Source of the DNA: Ranitomeya imitator
Lineage: Eukaryota
Direction: 5' to 3'
DNA: 64,000 bases
Assembly (NCBI RefSeq): GCF_032444005.1
Contig: NC_091284.1
Coordinates: 133,982,001 to 134,046,000 of the forward strand
Part shown: piece by piece, positions 35,431 to 49,534 of the stretch
Layout: every line of letters begins with the position of its first letter
Position numbering within the stretch: the stretch's first letter is position 1
The notes under the pieces: generated by a model
What the model was told of the DNA's origin: nothing
The model's database searches: none
Seen by the model: only the letters and a program-made list of their open reading frames with translations
Program-made: the position numbers and the translations under genes

Positions 35431-37850
35431 ATTGAGAGAAGAGGATGAGAATCTAGTAGGCATGTGACAGGCATTGAGAGAAGAGGATGAGAATCTAGTT
35501 GGCATGTGACAGGCATTGAGAGAAGAGGATGAGAATCTAGTTGGCATGTGACAGGCATTGAGAGAAGATTATGAGAATCTAGTTGGCATGTGACAGGCAT
35601 TGAGAGAAGAGGATGAGAATCTAGTTGGCATGTGACAGGCATTGAGAGAAGAGGATGAGAATCTAGTTGGCATGTGACAGGCATTGAGAGAAGATTATGA
35701 GAGTTTAGTTGGCATGTGACAGGCATTGAGAGAAGATTATGAGAATCTAGTAGGCATGTGACAGGCATTGAGAGAAGATTATGAGAATCTAGTTGGCATG
35801 TGACAGGCATTGAGAGACGTTTATGAGAATCTAGTTGGCATGTGACAGGCATTGAGAGAAGAGGATGAGAATCTAGTTGGCATGTGACAGGCATTGAGAG
35901 AAGAGGATGAGAATCTAGTTGGCATGTGACAGGCATTGAGAGAAGAGGATGAGAATCTAGTTGGCATGTGACAGGCATTGAGAGAAGTTTATGAGAATCT
36001 AGTTGGCATGTGACAGGCATTGAGAGAAGTTTATGAGAATCTAGTTGGCATGTGACAGGCATTGAGAGAAGAGGATGAGAATCTAGTTGGCATGTGACAG
36101 GCATTGAGAGAAGTTTATGAGAATCTAGTAGGCATGTGACAGGCATTGAGAGAAGATTATGAGAATCTAGTTGGCATGTGACAGGCATTGAGAGAAGTTT
36201 ATGAGAATCTAGTTGGCATGTGACAGGCATTGAGAGAAGATTATGAGAATCTAGTAGGCATGTGACAGGCATTGAGAGAAGATTATGAGAATCTAGTAGG
36301 CATGTGACAGGCATTGAGAGAAGATTATGAGAATCTAGTTGGCATGTGACAGGCATTGAGAGAAGATTATGAGAATCTAGTAGGCATGTGACAGGCATTG
36401 AGAGAAGATTATGAGAATCTAGTTGGCATGTGACAGGCATTGAGAGAAGATTATGAGAATCTAGTTGGCATGTGACAGGCATTGAGAGAAGTTTATGAGA
36501 ATCTAGTTGGCATGTGACAGGCATTGAGAGAAGAGGATGAGAATCTAGTTGGCATGTGACAGGCATTGAGAGAAGAGGATGAGAATCTAGTTGGCATGTG
36601 ACAGGCATTGAGAGAAGAGGATGAGAATCTAGTTGGCATGTGACAGGCATTGAGAGAAGAGGATGAGAATCTAGTTGGCATGTGACAGGCATTGAGAGAA
36701 GATTATGAGAATCTAGTTGGCATGTGACAGGCATTGAGAGAAGATTATGAGAGTTTAGTTGGCATGTGACAGGCATTGAGAGAAGATTATGAGAGTCTAG
36801 TTGGCATGTGACAGGCATTGAGAGAAGATTATGAGAATCTAGTTGGCATGTGACAGGCATTGAGAGAAGATTATGAGAATCTAGTTGGCATGTGACAGGC
36901 ATTGAGAGAAGAGGATGAGAATCTAGTAGGCATGTGACAGGCATTGAGAGAAGAGGATGAGAATCTAGTTGGCATGTGACAGGCATTGAGAGAAGAGGAT
37001 GAGAATCTAGTTGGCATGTGACAGGCAGAGAGAAGAGGATGAGAATCTAGTTGGCATGTGACAGGCATTGAGAGAAGATTATGAGAATCTAGTAGGCATG
37101 TGACAGGCATTGAGAGAAGAGGATGAGAATCTAGTTGGCATGTGACAGGCATTGAGAGAAGATTATGAGAATCTAGTTGGCATGTGACAGGCATTGAGAG
37201 AAGTTTATGAGAATCTAGTTGGCATGTGACAGGCATTGAGAGAAGAGGATGAGAATCTAGTTGGCATGTGACAGGCATTGAGAGAAGAGGATGAGAATCT
37301 AGTTGGCATGTGACAGGCATTGAGAGAAGAGGATGAGAATCTAGTTGGCATGTGACAGGCATTGAGAGAAGTTTCTGAGAACCTAGTTGGCATGTGACAG
37401 GCATTGAGAGAAGATTATGAGAATCTAGTTGGCATGTGACAGGCATTGAGAGAAGATTATGAGAATCTAGTTGGCATGTGACAGGCATTGTGAGAAGATT
37501 ATGAGAATCTAGTTGGCATGTGACAGGCATTGAGAGAAGATTATGAGAATCTAGTTGGCATGTGACAGGCATTGAGAGAAGAGGATGAGAATCTAGTTGG
37601 CATGTGACAGGCATTGAGAGAAGTTTATGAGAATCTAGTTGGCATGTGACAAGCATTGAGAGAAGTTGATGAGAATCTAGTTGGCATGTGACAGGCATTG
37701 AGAGAAGATGATGAGAATCTAGTTGGCATGTGACAGGCATTGAGAGAAGTTTATGAGAATCTAGTAGGCATGTGACAGGCATTGTGAGAAGATTATGAGA
37801 ATCTAGTTGGCATGTGACAGGCATTGAGAGAAGAGGATGAGAATCTAGTT
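35431..37850. repeat. 42-bp minisatellite (VNTR), about 57-58 copies, SMS intron 5
   Basis: Unit ATTGAGAGAAG(AGG/ATT/TTT)ATGAGAATCTAG(T/A)GGCATGTGACAGGC-like; a 2-bp deletion near 37027 shifts the repeat reading frame. Confidence 0.98.
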
Positions 37851-38571
37851 AGTATGTGAAATGGATTGAAAGAAGCAAATGAGTATATTGTGGGCACTTG
37901 ACTACCAATATGCAAATGACATTCTGGAGGTTACATGTCTGCCGGCTAGATCTGGCAATTGAGGGGAATACTTACAGCGTGCACAAGGAGAAATATAGCT
38001 CAAGCCAGAAAAATCCCTTTAATAGTGGGCAAGTTCCTCCCAGGTACATAGGCTTTAGATGAAGAGTTCATTTAGCATATGAGGAATCTCCTCTCCCCTG
38101 TGCTGACAGACACGGATGCTGGAGAGTTTGTGATTTCACCCTACATACCAGCTGTGTGACTCCTACTCCCTTCTTCTGTGCTTTCCCTCCGATCTATACT
38201 ATGATGGCCATGTTCAGCCACAACCAATTTGCTATGGATTTGCGGAGTAGTTTCTACCAAGACCACGCCAGTAGGAGGTCATCAAAGCCAGAGATGAATA
38301 TTGTTACCTTGGCCACGTGTTCATTAGGAATACCTCAAGCTTGGGGCCCTCAACTAATGGCACATTTATATGTACCAACAGCAGTTGTTAAAAGATAATT
38401 GATCACCTACATGCAAGCCGATCGGCAGACATTTATTGGCTATTTACATGGGCCGACAAATGTTCAACGCGCACAGAACAATCATTAGTTCGATCGTTCT
38501 GCGACTATAGAATGTCAAGTTATCAGCAGCACATTTCCGCTATACCGAGGAAAATCTGTTGCTGATAAAAA

Positions 38572-39231
38572 TCTAATATATAATTGCCTAGAATACTACT
38601 TCCTGCAATTTGTGCCAACTTCCGTGGCTTTGTCCGGAGCTAATGTCCGGAGATAAGTGACGTCAACAGTGTCCAGTGTCTGATTGGTTGCCGCCTGCTG
38701 CGAGCGACCAATCAGAAACGTGCCGTACTGTGACACACTCCGCCCGCCATTTTGGTGTGATTTTTGAATTTTTACCTCACAGCAAGTTTCTACTGCGTGG
38801 AGGCGGGCCCAGTGACGTTGCTCTTCAAGCTCCTGCCGAATTTCGTCAAAAAAATGATAATACCATTTACCAAAACTATATATATTTAGTTGTGAAGTGG
38901 TTCAGTGACATTTTCACACCAATTTTGAACTTTTGTTTGGTGTTTTCTCCATATACTGCCTATTATTCACTGACTTATACTGAGAGACTGCCGTTTATTA
39001 ACCTCTTCTTTGCCACATTGGGTATATTGCTCTATTATTTGCCACATAAGGACATTGTCCATTATTGCCCAGCAATTTCTTAAATAACAAGAATTGTCAA
39101 GAGCTGGTGAGTGCAGCCATTTTTTGTTCTTTCTTACTATTATTTATTAATTGTATTATTCTTACATTTGAATAAATAAAGTATATATGGATTCTAGACT
39201 CCCGATTCTTTAGAATCGGGCTGCCATCTAG
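38572..39231 (+). mobile_element. Complete non-autonomous Helitron, 660 bp
   Basis: A|TCTAATATATAA ... CCCGATTCT-tt-AGAATCGGG hairpin (39201-39220) ... CCATCTAG|T: 5' TC, 3' CTAG, A/T target, no TSD. Confidence 0.85.
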
Positions 39232-39609
39232 TGATTTATAAGACGGCTTAGATGGTGGTGATTGTCGACATGTATACACAGGGTAACAATTGGGAAAGAG
39301 CGTTCCTACAAACATTCGTTCCCTGATTATCGTCCCGTCTGCATAAACTTTAATGCAACAATATTACAAAGTTGGTAGATGGGCATTAGGGTACATTAGC
39401 TGCAATGGTCTAAACCTCCATTTGATACTTGTAACAATGGAAGAGGCTGGTTATCTTTAGTTAAAAATGTTTAACCAGTATGAGGGAAAGATTGTGGCAA
39501 CCTCATGGATCTTCATGAAAAATAGAATAGCGGTCACCAGACTGTGCGGGGTTAATCTTAATGCTGCACATCCCTTATAAAGCAGAGAACATGGCACTGT
39601 TCCACTTAC

Positions 39610-39785
39610 TAACATCTCCATTGAGGATCAGAATGTTGCCAAACTGAACGGAGTGGAGAATTTTGATGTTCTGATACGGTGAATCTTTACTATAAACTAT
39701 TTCGTCTATGTCGTACTCCACTAAGCGCCCTTCAGCCGTGGGCCAGTATCGGTCAACCTTTGCTCCCCGAACAATAGCTGGTAAT
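39610..39785 (-). CDS. SMS: Spermine synthase exon 5, 176 nt
   Basis: tttttctactttAG|A TTA CCA GCT ... GAT GTT A|GTAAGT = (R)[58 protein letters not shown](N). Confidence 0.97.
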
Positions 39786-40870
39786 CTAAAGTAGAAAAAG
39801 AACGATCATTAGTTTAATAAAGGAACAACGAAATATCGAGCACGTGGAGGAAGCGAGATATAATGGACTCTAAGATGCACTCAAATTTCGGACATAAGAA
39901 AGAAAGAAAATATTTCAAACTAATCAAAGTGATAACGGCGGTGAATGGGTTATTCATGTGGTGGTCTGTTGTAGAAAAGGAAGTTCATATTTCCTGGTGG
40001 GGTTAATGTAATGTAAGGGCAGAAACTTGGTTTCCAGCGATGTGTCACAGATCTGCTGACTGGCATTTTGATAAAAGCCCTGTGGCTCTGGGGTAGGTAG
40101 TGTAAGAAAAATCAGCTATAAAAAGCCACACAGCTCTCAATAAATGTGCATAGTTTAGGGTTGTCTGGCACTTATACAAACTAATGTCACCTTTATAGTG
40201 GGCTAGATGAAGAGCCCGGCGTTGCCCAGGTATAGTAACTAAGTGTAGTTAGTTATAAAAAATTATAATGATTATATTGCACATAAAAACTCTGTTGAAA
40301 CCAAAGTCTTTTTCTTTTTCTAACACAATATTAACCCTTTGACGACTGCCGATACGACTTAACGGCGGCAGTTGAGGGACCTTATTCCTCCTGCACCTCA
40401 CACTCCTTTATGCACAGCATTTGATTTCTCTTTTTTTTTTGAGGGGGGGGGGGGGGGGGGCGAGGGGAGGGAGAGGGGGATAGGGGGCATTCAGACAAAT
40501 GCAGTGGACCATGCTTATGTGTCCCAAACAAAAATGTATAAAAGAAATAAATGCTCTATTTAGCCGCTATTGTCATTGGGTCACAGAAGAAATGCAAAAC
40601 AATTTCAAAATAAATATGCACCGACAGCGGTGGGTACAGGTGCATTCTGTGCTCTGGGGGCACAGTGGTGGGCACTGGTGCATTTTCTGCTCTGGGGGGT
40701 GCAGACAACCATATCTGCATCTAGATTTGTGTGGGTTAAATAAAAAATATAAATAAGAGTTTGGCCCCCCATTTTCTGTATTCTTGCTATCTGTACGTAA
40801 TGCCCGTGTGCCACCCCAAGAACACCACGGCCACATGAGCATGTTGTGTGATAGATAGATAGAGATATTA

Positions 40871-40932
<62 letters not shown>

Positions 40933-40940
40933 CACATATA

Positions 40941-42565
<1,625 letters not shown>

Positions 42566-42577
42566 TATATATGTATG

Positions 42578-42640
<63 letters not shown>

Positions 42641-43199
42641 ATATTGACACAATAACGCCAGTTGACATATTTCGGGTTCTCCTGAGAGCCTAAACGTGCT
42701 ACCATGGCCTGCAGGGTCTCCAAGCTTGTCTCCAATCTGTGATTCCATAATTCCACGACAGTTCCTTCTTATAGTTGCATTTTCAATATTGAGGAGTGTA
42801 TGTGTATGCAGAACAGAGAAGAATTGCAGATACTGATAGATGCCTTTATAGGCAAACACACCTATGTCGTAAGACATACAGTGTGTGGACCTGTGTGTGC
42901 CACTGCATGGCAGTCACCGAGTGCACTCCCACCAACCAATTAGGAAGCTCACGAGCCACATTATGGGGTGGTAAGTGATCAAAAGGAATTGTTAAAGGAC
43001 TGTTATGAAACAATTTTATTTCCTTTCAACATTACTGATAAATATGAAGCTGATAGCACGGGAAAGAGCTTGGAATGTAATCTCCAAAACTGCCCCTTGA
43101 GGGCAGCAAATGCCAACATTTGTCCGGTCGCAATGCAATCATCCCCACTCCTTATGGCATGGGCGCCGCTACAGAACCACCTCAGGATCACACAATTAC

Positions 43200-43264
43200 C
43201 TTTTCACTTGTGAGATACCATTGTGCAAAATTTCTTTCATCTTCTCCTCAACCTCATCAAGTAG
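43200..43264 (-). CDS. SMS: Spermine synthase exon 4, 65 nt
   Basis: ccttgtctttcttcAG|CTA CTT GAT GAG GTT GAG GAG AAG ATG AAA ... GTG AAA AG|GTAATT = LLDEVEEKMKEILHNGISQVK(R); human [22 protein letters not shown]. Phase joins exon 5. Confidence 0.9.
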
Positions 43265-43729
43265 CTGAAGAAAGACAAGGGTTGTATCAGTAACGTATAT
43301 ACGAAGACATTATATTCATTTAAATAGAATCAGCCATTTCCACATGATATAATCAAGTTCTGTGGATAGTTGTAATGCTGACAATGCCCAGCATGCAGGA
43401 ACCTGAATACAGGGCATAATTTTTTTTTTTATACCATTCTGATAAGTGGATGAAAATCAAAACCCATTTTTTAACTAAAAAAAAAACAAAACTGTAGTGT
43501 CCCATAATGTGACATCAATATATAAATCGTTACTAATGATCCTATATGTTTGTGGGACAACTACTCATGTATGGGTGGGGAAAAATGAGCCAAAAGAATT
43601 GCACAGAAGGCATTTCTGTCACAGTAAAACCAGTACGGCATGCAGCTTGCCATCAACTCCTTGGGAAACATTGTGAGCCTGATGGAGCCGGGATAAATCA
43701 ATAGGGCAGATTAGGGACACAGGCTTTCA

Positions 43730-43960
43730 GAGGGCGACTTAGTCGTTAGCACTGTTACTTTTCAGCACTGGAGTCCTGGGTTCACATCCCACCAAGGACA
43801 ACATCTGCAAGGAGTTTGTATGTTCTCCCCATCTTTGCGTGGGTTTCCTCCAGGTGCTCCAAATTCCTTACACACTCCAAAGACATACTGATAGGAAATC
43901 TACATTGTGAGTCCCAATTGGAAGAGTATGTAAAGCGCTGATGAATATGATGGCGATATA
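43730..43960 (+). mobile_element. tRNA-derived SINE (V-SINE-like)
   Basis: Degenerate A box, B box GGTTCACATCC (43779-43789), core GGAGTTTGTATGTTCTCCCC...GCGTGGGTTTCCTCC..GTGCTCC, tail GTAAAGCGCTG..GAATATG.TGGCG.TATA. Confidence 0.8.
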
Positions 43961-46099
43961 CAACCGATCATAACATAAGTACAATGGAGTAATATGAAAG
44001 TTTGAAGAAAAGAAAAAGAATTCTGTATTATTGTAGATACAAAAGGGATGTTAATTTACCGGGTAAAAAAAAAAGAAATCTACAAAGTAACAAAAAACAC
44101 ATGAATTACGAGCGGGTTTACCAAAGCGTTTGCTGTTAAAATAGTTGTCTGACTTATGAAAACTTTTTCAGTGAGGGATGTTTTAAAACAATAAATGAAG
44201 ACATACTCATCCTCTAAGGCTGCCGTCACACTAGCAGTGTTTGGTCAGTATTTTACATCAGTATTTGTAAGCCATAGCGGAAGCCTGGGATTGGCTGCAA
44301 AAGTCAGGTGACTAGGATAGCCCCACGTCACGTAATTCAAGCTGTAGTCCATCCTAGACACGTGTCAGGATGGACTGCAGTTGGAAGAAAGTGCTTCCGA
44401 GACCTGTGTCTCAACTGACAAAGGAGCTGTATTGTTAGTTGACTCATCAGAGCTGGCAGAGAAGTATGTGACTGAAGAAATAAATCTTCTCCTCTGCAAA
44501 CTGTGCAATGAGGACTGAGACTGGAGAAAAAAAATTATTTGCGCTCAATCAGCCGAGGAGAAAATATATTTCTCCTGATGTCACAGACCTTCTCCTTGGC
44601 TCACGGCAGTATGTGTGCTTATGATACTGGTCTTCTGTCAGTTTAGACAAAGGCATCGAGAACTGTGTTTCTTCAGACTGTAGCCCATCCTGACCTAAGA
44701 CTAGGACGGGCTGCTGTTTGTATTACGTTACGAGGAAAACTTTATTACATTCTTGGAGAACCCATTTAACCTCTCCAGTGAACACCGTAAACAAAACAGA
44801 CAACAGAGCAAAAATGCTGTTTTTTCATCTTACTGCCACAGAAAAAGAGTAACTTAAAGGAGATTAAAAAGTTATATGTAAATAAAATGATATGATAGAA
44901 TAAATTATACTACTGAAAGAGTCAACTTGTCTAGCAAAAAAACAAGACCTCACTTGTCTGTTGATGGAAAAATATAAAACAGCAGCATCATTCAAAATAT
45001 GGAGAAAATAAGTGATTTTTGTAAAATAAGGATTTTTGTGTACTTGTGAGCCATTCATTGGGGGGACACAGACCGCGGGTGTATGCTGCTGCCAATAGGA
45101 GGCTGACACTAAGTGATACAAAAAAAGTTAGCTCCTCCTCTGCAGTATACACCTTCCTGCTGGCTCTCAGCTAACCAGTTCGGTGCCAAAGCAGTAGGAG
45201 ATCAATAACATAAAAGTATAGCATGTCAAACTATAAAACAAGCACAAGCTAATAACAGGTTGGGAGCTGTGTCCTCCAATGAATGGCTCGGAGAAAAGGA
45301 TTTTACAGTGAGTACACAAAAATCCCTCTTTCTCCTTCGCCTCATTGGGGGACACAGATCGTGGGACGTCCCAAAGCAGTCACTGGGTGGGTACAACATC
45401 AGATCAGGCCCTGTGTAACTACTACTTACAACAGCGCTACCGCGGCCTGCAGAGTCCGCCTGCCCAGACTCATATCTGTGGAAGTCTTGGAATTATAGTG
45501 CTTCAAGACTGCATGCGGACTGGACGAACCCGCAAGCTTGCAGGCGTGCTTTATCGACGCCTGGTACCTAGAGCCCAAGACAACCTCGATCGACAGAGTG
45601 GAGTGGAGTTAGGCTGACGTCTAACCCGAAGGACTCCTGGATGGTGTAAAGAATCCACCAGGCTACCATGGCCGATGAAATGGCTAAACCCTTCCTGTAA
45701 CCATCAGGAAGCCTTCCTCTGACCGTCAGGAAGTCCAAATAAGGTGTCCAACCTTCGGAAGGACGCCGTGCATGATACGTACCTACACAGAGCACTCACT
45801 TCGTCCAGAATATGGAGAACCCATCCCGTTTTGTGGACTGGTGCCGAAAAAGATAAGAGAAGAACGATGCCCTTGTAACATTGGGAATACAGTACCACCA
45901 AGGTAACAAGGGACGGGGATGGCCTGAGGACAACTTTGCCTTGATGGTAATAAGGAAAAAAGTCTGAAAGAACAGAGCGTCTAGCTCCAAAGACTTGTCA
46001 GGATGACGAGACCGCAGAGAAAAAAAAAAAGGGGCGACCTTCCCTGATAGTAAAGTCTGTCCGGATCAAAAAAGGAGTCTACTACAAGACTCCCAGGAT

Positions 46100-46420
46100 C
46101 ATTTTTTTTCCCTCTCTATCGGGCATGCGCAGTTTGCACTGCCCTTCTAATTTACAGCGCAGGCGCCGGGGACATTCATGAAAAAAATGGAGGCGGCGCA
46201 CGGAAGTCCTGAGTGATGGCAGGGAGGCATTCATGTCAGGGGGGAAAGACATGCCCCCCTGATAAATTAGAGGTATAAGGGACAAATTATAAAAACGATT
46301 ATTTCAGCGTTGGTAGGGACACCGACTAAAAGAGCCACCTTGACAAAGTGCAGCATTAGTGCAGCACAAGGTGGCTCCTACAGTTAAAAACGCCTGTGGG
46401 GGTGACAGGTTTCCTTTAAA
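46100..46420. mobile_element. T2/Kolobok-like MITE half inserted in DIRS-B YR region
   Basis: Ends GGGGGTGACAGGTTTCCT|TTAA, like the 1916 terminus; left boundary approximate. Confidence 0.6.
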
Positions 46421-49270
46421 GTCCTAAAGTTCTAATGGTATGTGGAAGGGGAAGGACCACATGTGAAAATTCCCTGCGAGAAAGTCCCTACTTGCAGTTT
46501 TGTTGCAATAAGATGGAAAAGTACTAGCTCCGCAAACAAAAAACTAAACGTGGTCCGTGCGGATCTCCCAGGACCACAGGGGCCCTTCCTGTTTCCTAAC
46601 GACTCTCGGAAGTAGGGGAAGGGGGGTTATGGAAACTGGTACCCCGGAAGAATCAGAGCATTTACTGCAAGGGCTTTTGGATCTTGAGGCCAAACCATGA
46701 ACACGAGTACATTGGCGTTCAGTTTGGACGCCATCCGATCTACATCTGTAGTGCCCCAGTGAAGGCAGATCTGATGGAAGACTTCTGGGTGAAGTTCCCA
46801 CACACTTGAGGTGGGACCCTGATGGCTGAAGAAGTCTACCGCCCAGAGATGTACTCCTGGGATGTGTACTGCAGAGATCACTGAATGAAAGATCTTGGCC
46901 CATCAGAGAATGAGGTACCTTATCCATGATGTCTGACCGTGGGAACCTGCTAGAGGATTGACGTATGGCATAGCCGTGGCATTATCTAATTGAATTCAGA
47001 TGGGGTGACCTGCCAGAAGGCAGAGGACCTGCTGTAGGACTAACCGGATCGTTCGGATCCCCAAAACAAAGATCGGGAGAAGAAGGCTGGCATCGGTAGT
47101 CACTAATAATCATTGAACTGGAAGGAACTCCCCTGGATGAGGAAGAAGCTCAGAGACTACCCTCTGAATGCCTGATTGACCTACAGAAAACGAGTGGAGC
47201 GAAGGAAACAGCTTCCATTGCAGTCACCATTTTTTTTCCTCATGACCCTCCCAGCAAATCTAATGGAATGAGCGATCAAGTAAGTGAGTTCTGAGTTGAA
47301 GGGCCACGGCCTTGTCTCAAGGGAGAAATACCAACCCTCTAGAAGTGTTCAGAATCATCCTCAAAAAGAATATCTGCTGGGCTGGAAAAGAGGAAAAAAC
47401 CTGTCTAGATGAAGCTGCCAGCCCAGGAGAGGGTATAGCAATTGATGTAGACGACTCAGCGTAGTCCTGGAAGAGCGGCTAGAAAGTCCACCGTATAGGG
47501 CAGGACGACCACGCCTCTGGGGTGCAAGAGGAACAAGATGGCCGCCATAACCCTTGCAAACACTCAGGTGCGGTAGCAAGACTGAAGGCAAGGTCGTGAC
47601 TTGAAAATGCTGTTTGCAAATGGAAAAGTGAAGGAATTTCTGAAGAGGGGAAAATAGGAATGTGAAGGTAAGCAACCCGAATGTCGGTGGATTCCAGAAA
47701 CTCCACCCTTTTTCCGTTGAGGTAATGGCTGAGCGGAGGAACTCCATCCGAAGAAGGACCTTGTCCAGCTTGGTAAAAGTTTGAGGTCCAGGATCGGTAT
47801 TACTTTTCGGCCCCCCCTTTTGGAACCAAGATCCCTTAGATCTAGACCGTCCCGGACAATTCTTCCACTGCTGGTTGGGTCTATAAGACACATGCGATCC
47901 TAGGGAGTGATGTTAGAGGCTTTTTGAACGCAGAGTACGCTTCCATACTCTGAGCTATAATGCCCTTCTGGGTGTAATGGCATTTGCTGATGACAGCGCC
48001 GCTCAACTAGCTGCATCCAAGAGGCGTAAACCAGCTAGTCTCTCGCTCAAGAAATTTGATTGACCAGCTGTACTGTCTTCGGGAAAAGGTTACTGATGTG
48101 AATCAAAGTAGTTATGGTATCCGACCAGGAGACCATTGCTCTAGCAACCCATGCGGTGGCCAAGGAAGGGTAGAGCACTCAACCCGAGGCTGCAAGACGA
48201 AACGAACCAGATTTGCTATCTGACAGTCTGTTGTAATTTTAATTGATGACCCATCGGGCAGGAATACTGGTAGACAAACCACAGGAGATTCTACCCGGAT
48301 AATCTGCCAAGTGGCAGAATGCGCGGCTGCATCCAGGTCAGGAAAAGCCGTCTCTTGCTACCTCCGCTCTCTTTTGACAGTGCGGAGTTAAAATGATGAA
48401 CCCTCGATCCACCACCCTCTTAAAAAGGGAAGTGGAGCGGGATTGTCCACCTTCTTGCATCATTCGCTAAATAGTAGAGATGCAGAAAGGGGTGCTCGGA
48501 CGCCAAAAAAGGGTGACACTGTACATCCATCAAGTTCAGGTCACCGGGAGGACAGGGTTGGTTCCGGTGTTAGGCCTGGCTGCAGAAGAGTATACATGGA
48601 GACGACACTCCATGTGCTCGTCTATTGATGGTGTGGGGAGATCGGTGCACTTTAAAAGGACCCGTCGCCCCTAAGAAACAGACCAGGCATGGCATCCCAC
48701 GTCGTAGGGTGGTATAATTGAAGGGGACACCCCACGTGTTTGCATATTGCTTATCCGGACGCTCCCTGTCCGGGTGAATGACAAATGCTTTGCAAGGGAG
48801 TTTAGTCGCCTTATGAGGGACACTGCGTGATCTAGAGTGGACCCATAGCCCTCATCAATCTACAGAGATTGGTTGATGATATAAATAGGTGAACCCATCC
48901 CCTTCTGAAGTTCTGGCGAGTCCAGATCCAAGGCAATATCCAATCCATATTCAGAGTCTTGTTCTCAGCAATCATTGGTGAGGGAGATCAGGAAATGAAG
49001 CTTCCATTTTCTATAAGCCTGTACGTTTCTAGAATACTTGCGGCCCCTGCTAGCCAACAGCTCCCATATAGGAGAGGAACCATATATATCACTCCTGCGA
49101 GCACTCCGAGCCACAGAGTGCTCCGAGTTCATGGAGGGCTTCAATCTCTTGATCAGAGAAGCCATGGGATGTGGCAGTGATTAATCCCACTCAGGGGAAC
49201 TAGGTACTCTGGAATAAGCTGGGATCGGTGGCGGAGGGTTCCAGAGTTCATTTAGGGTGACCGGCTTTGG

Positions 49271-49360
49271 ACTGGTCATGTGCCCTTAAGACAAGGGAAT
49301 ACTGGTCATGTGCCTTTAAGACCAGGGAATGCTAGTCATGTGCCTCTAAGACTGGGGACT
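49271..49360. repeat. 30-bp tandem repeat x3 within DIRS-B
   Basis: ACTGGTCATGTGCC(C/T)TTAAGAC(A/C)AGGGAAT units. Confidence 0.85.
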
Positions 49361-49462
49361 AATATGGGTCATTCATGTAAGTACAGGAGGGAAGAGGGCA
49401 GTACTTCCTTACCAGGCTGCAGTCGTTGAGCTCCTTTAATGCAAAAAACATCGCCTCTGCCG

Positions 49463-49534
49463 GGAGAGAGAGAAAGAGAAAGAGAAAGAGAAAGAGAGAG
49501 AGAAAGAGAAAGAGAGAGAGAGAAAGAAAGAGAG
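49463..49534. repeat. (GAGAAA)n/(GA)n microsatellite
   Basis: Direct reading. Confidence 0.9.

Noticed and set aside
35427-37824. 519-aa and 317-aa ORFs of MPVTCQLDSHxLLS repeats
   Set aside because: A 42-bp unit without an in-frame stop gives a long ORF automatically; the region is intronic and a 2-bp deletion breaks the frame.
35431-37850. CRISPR-like regular repeat
   Set aside because: Head-to-tail units with no unique spacers, no cas genes, eukaryotic context.
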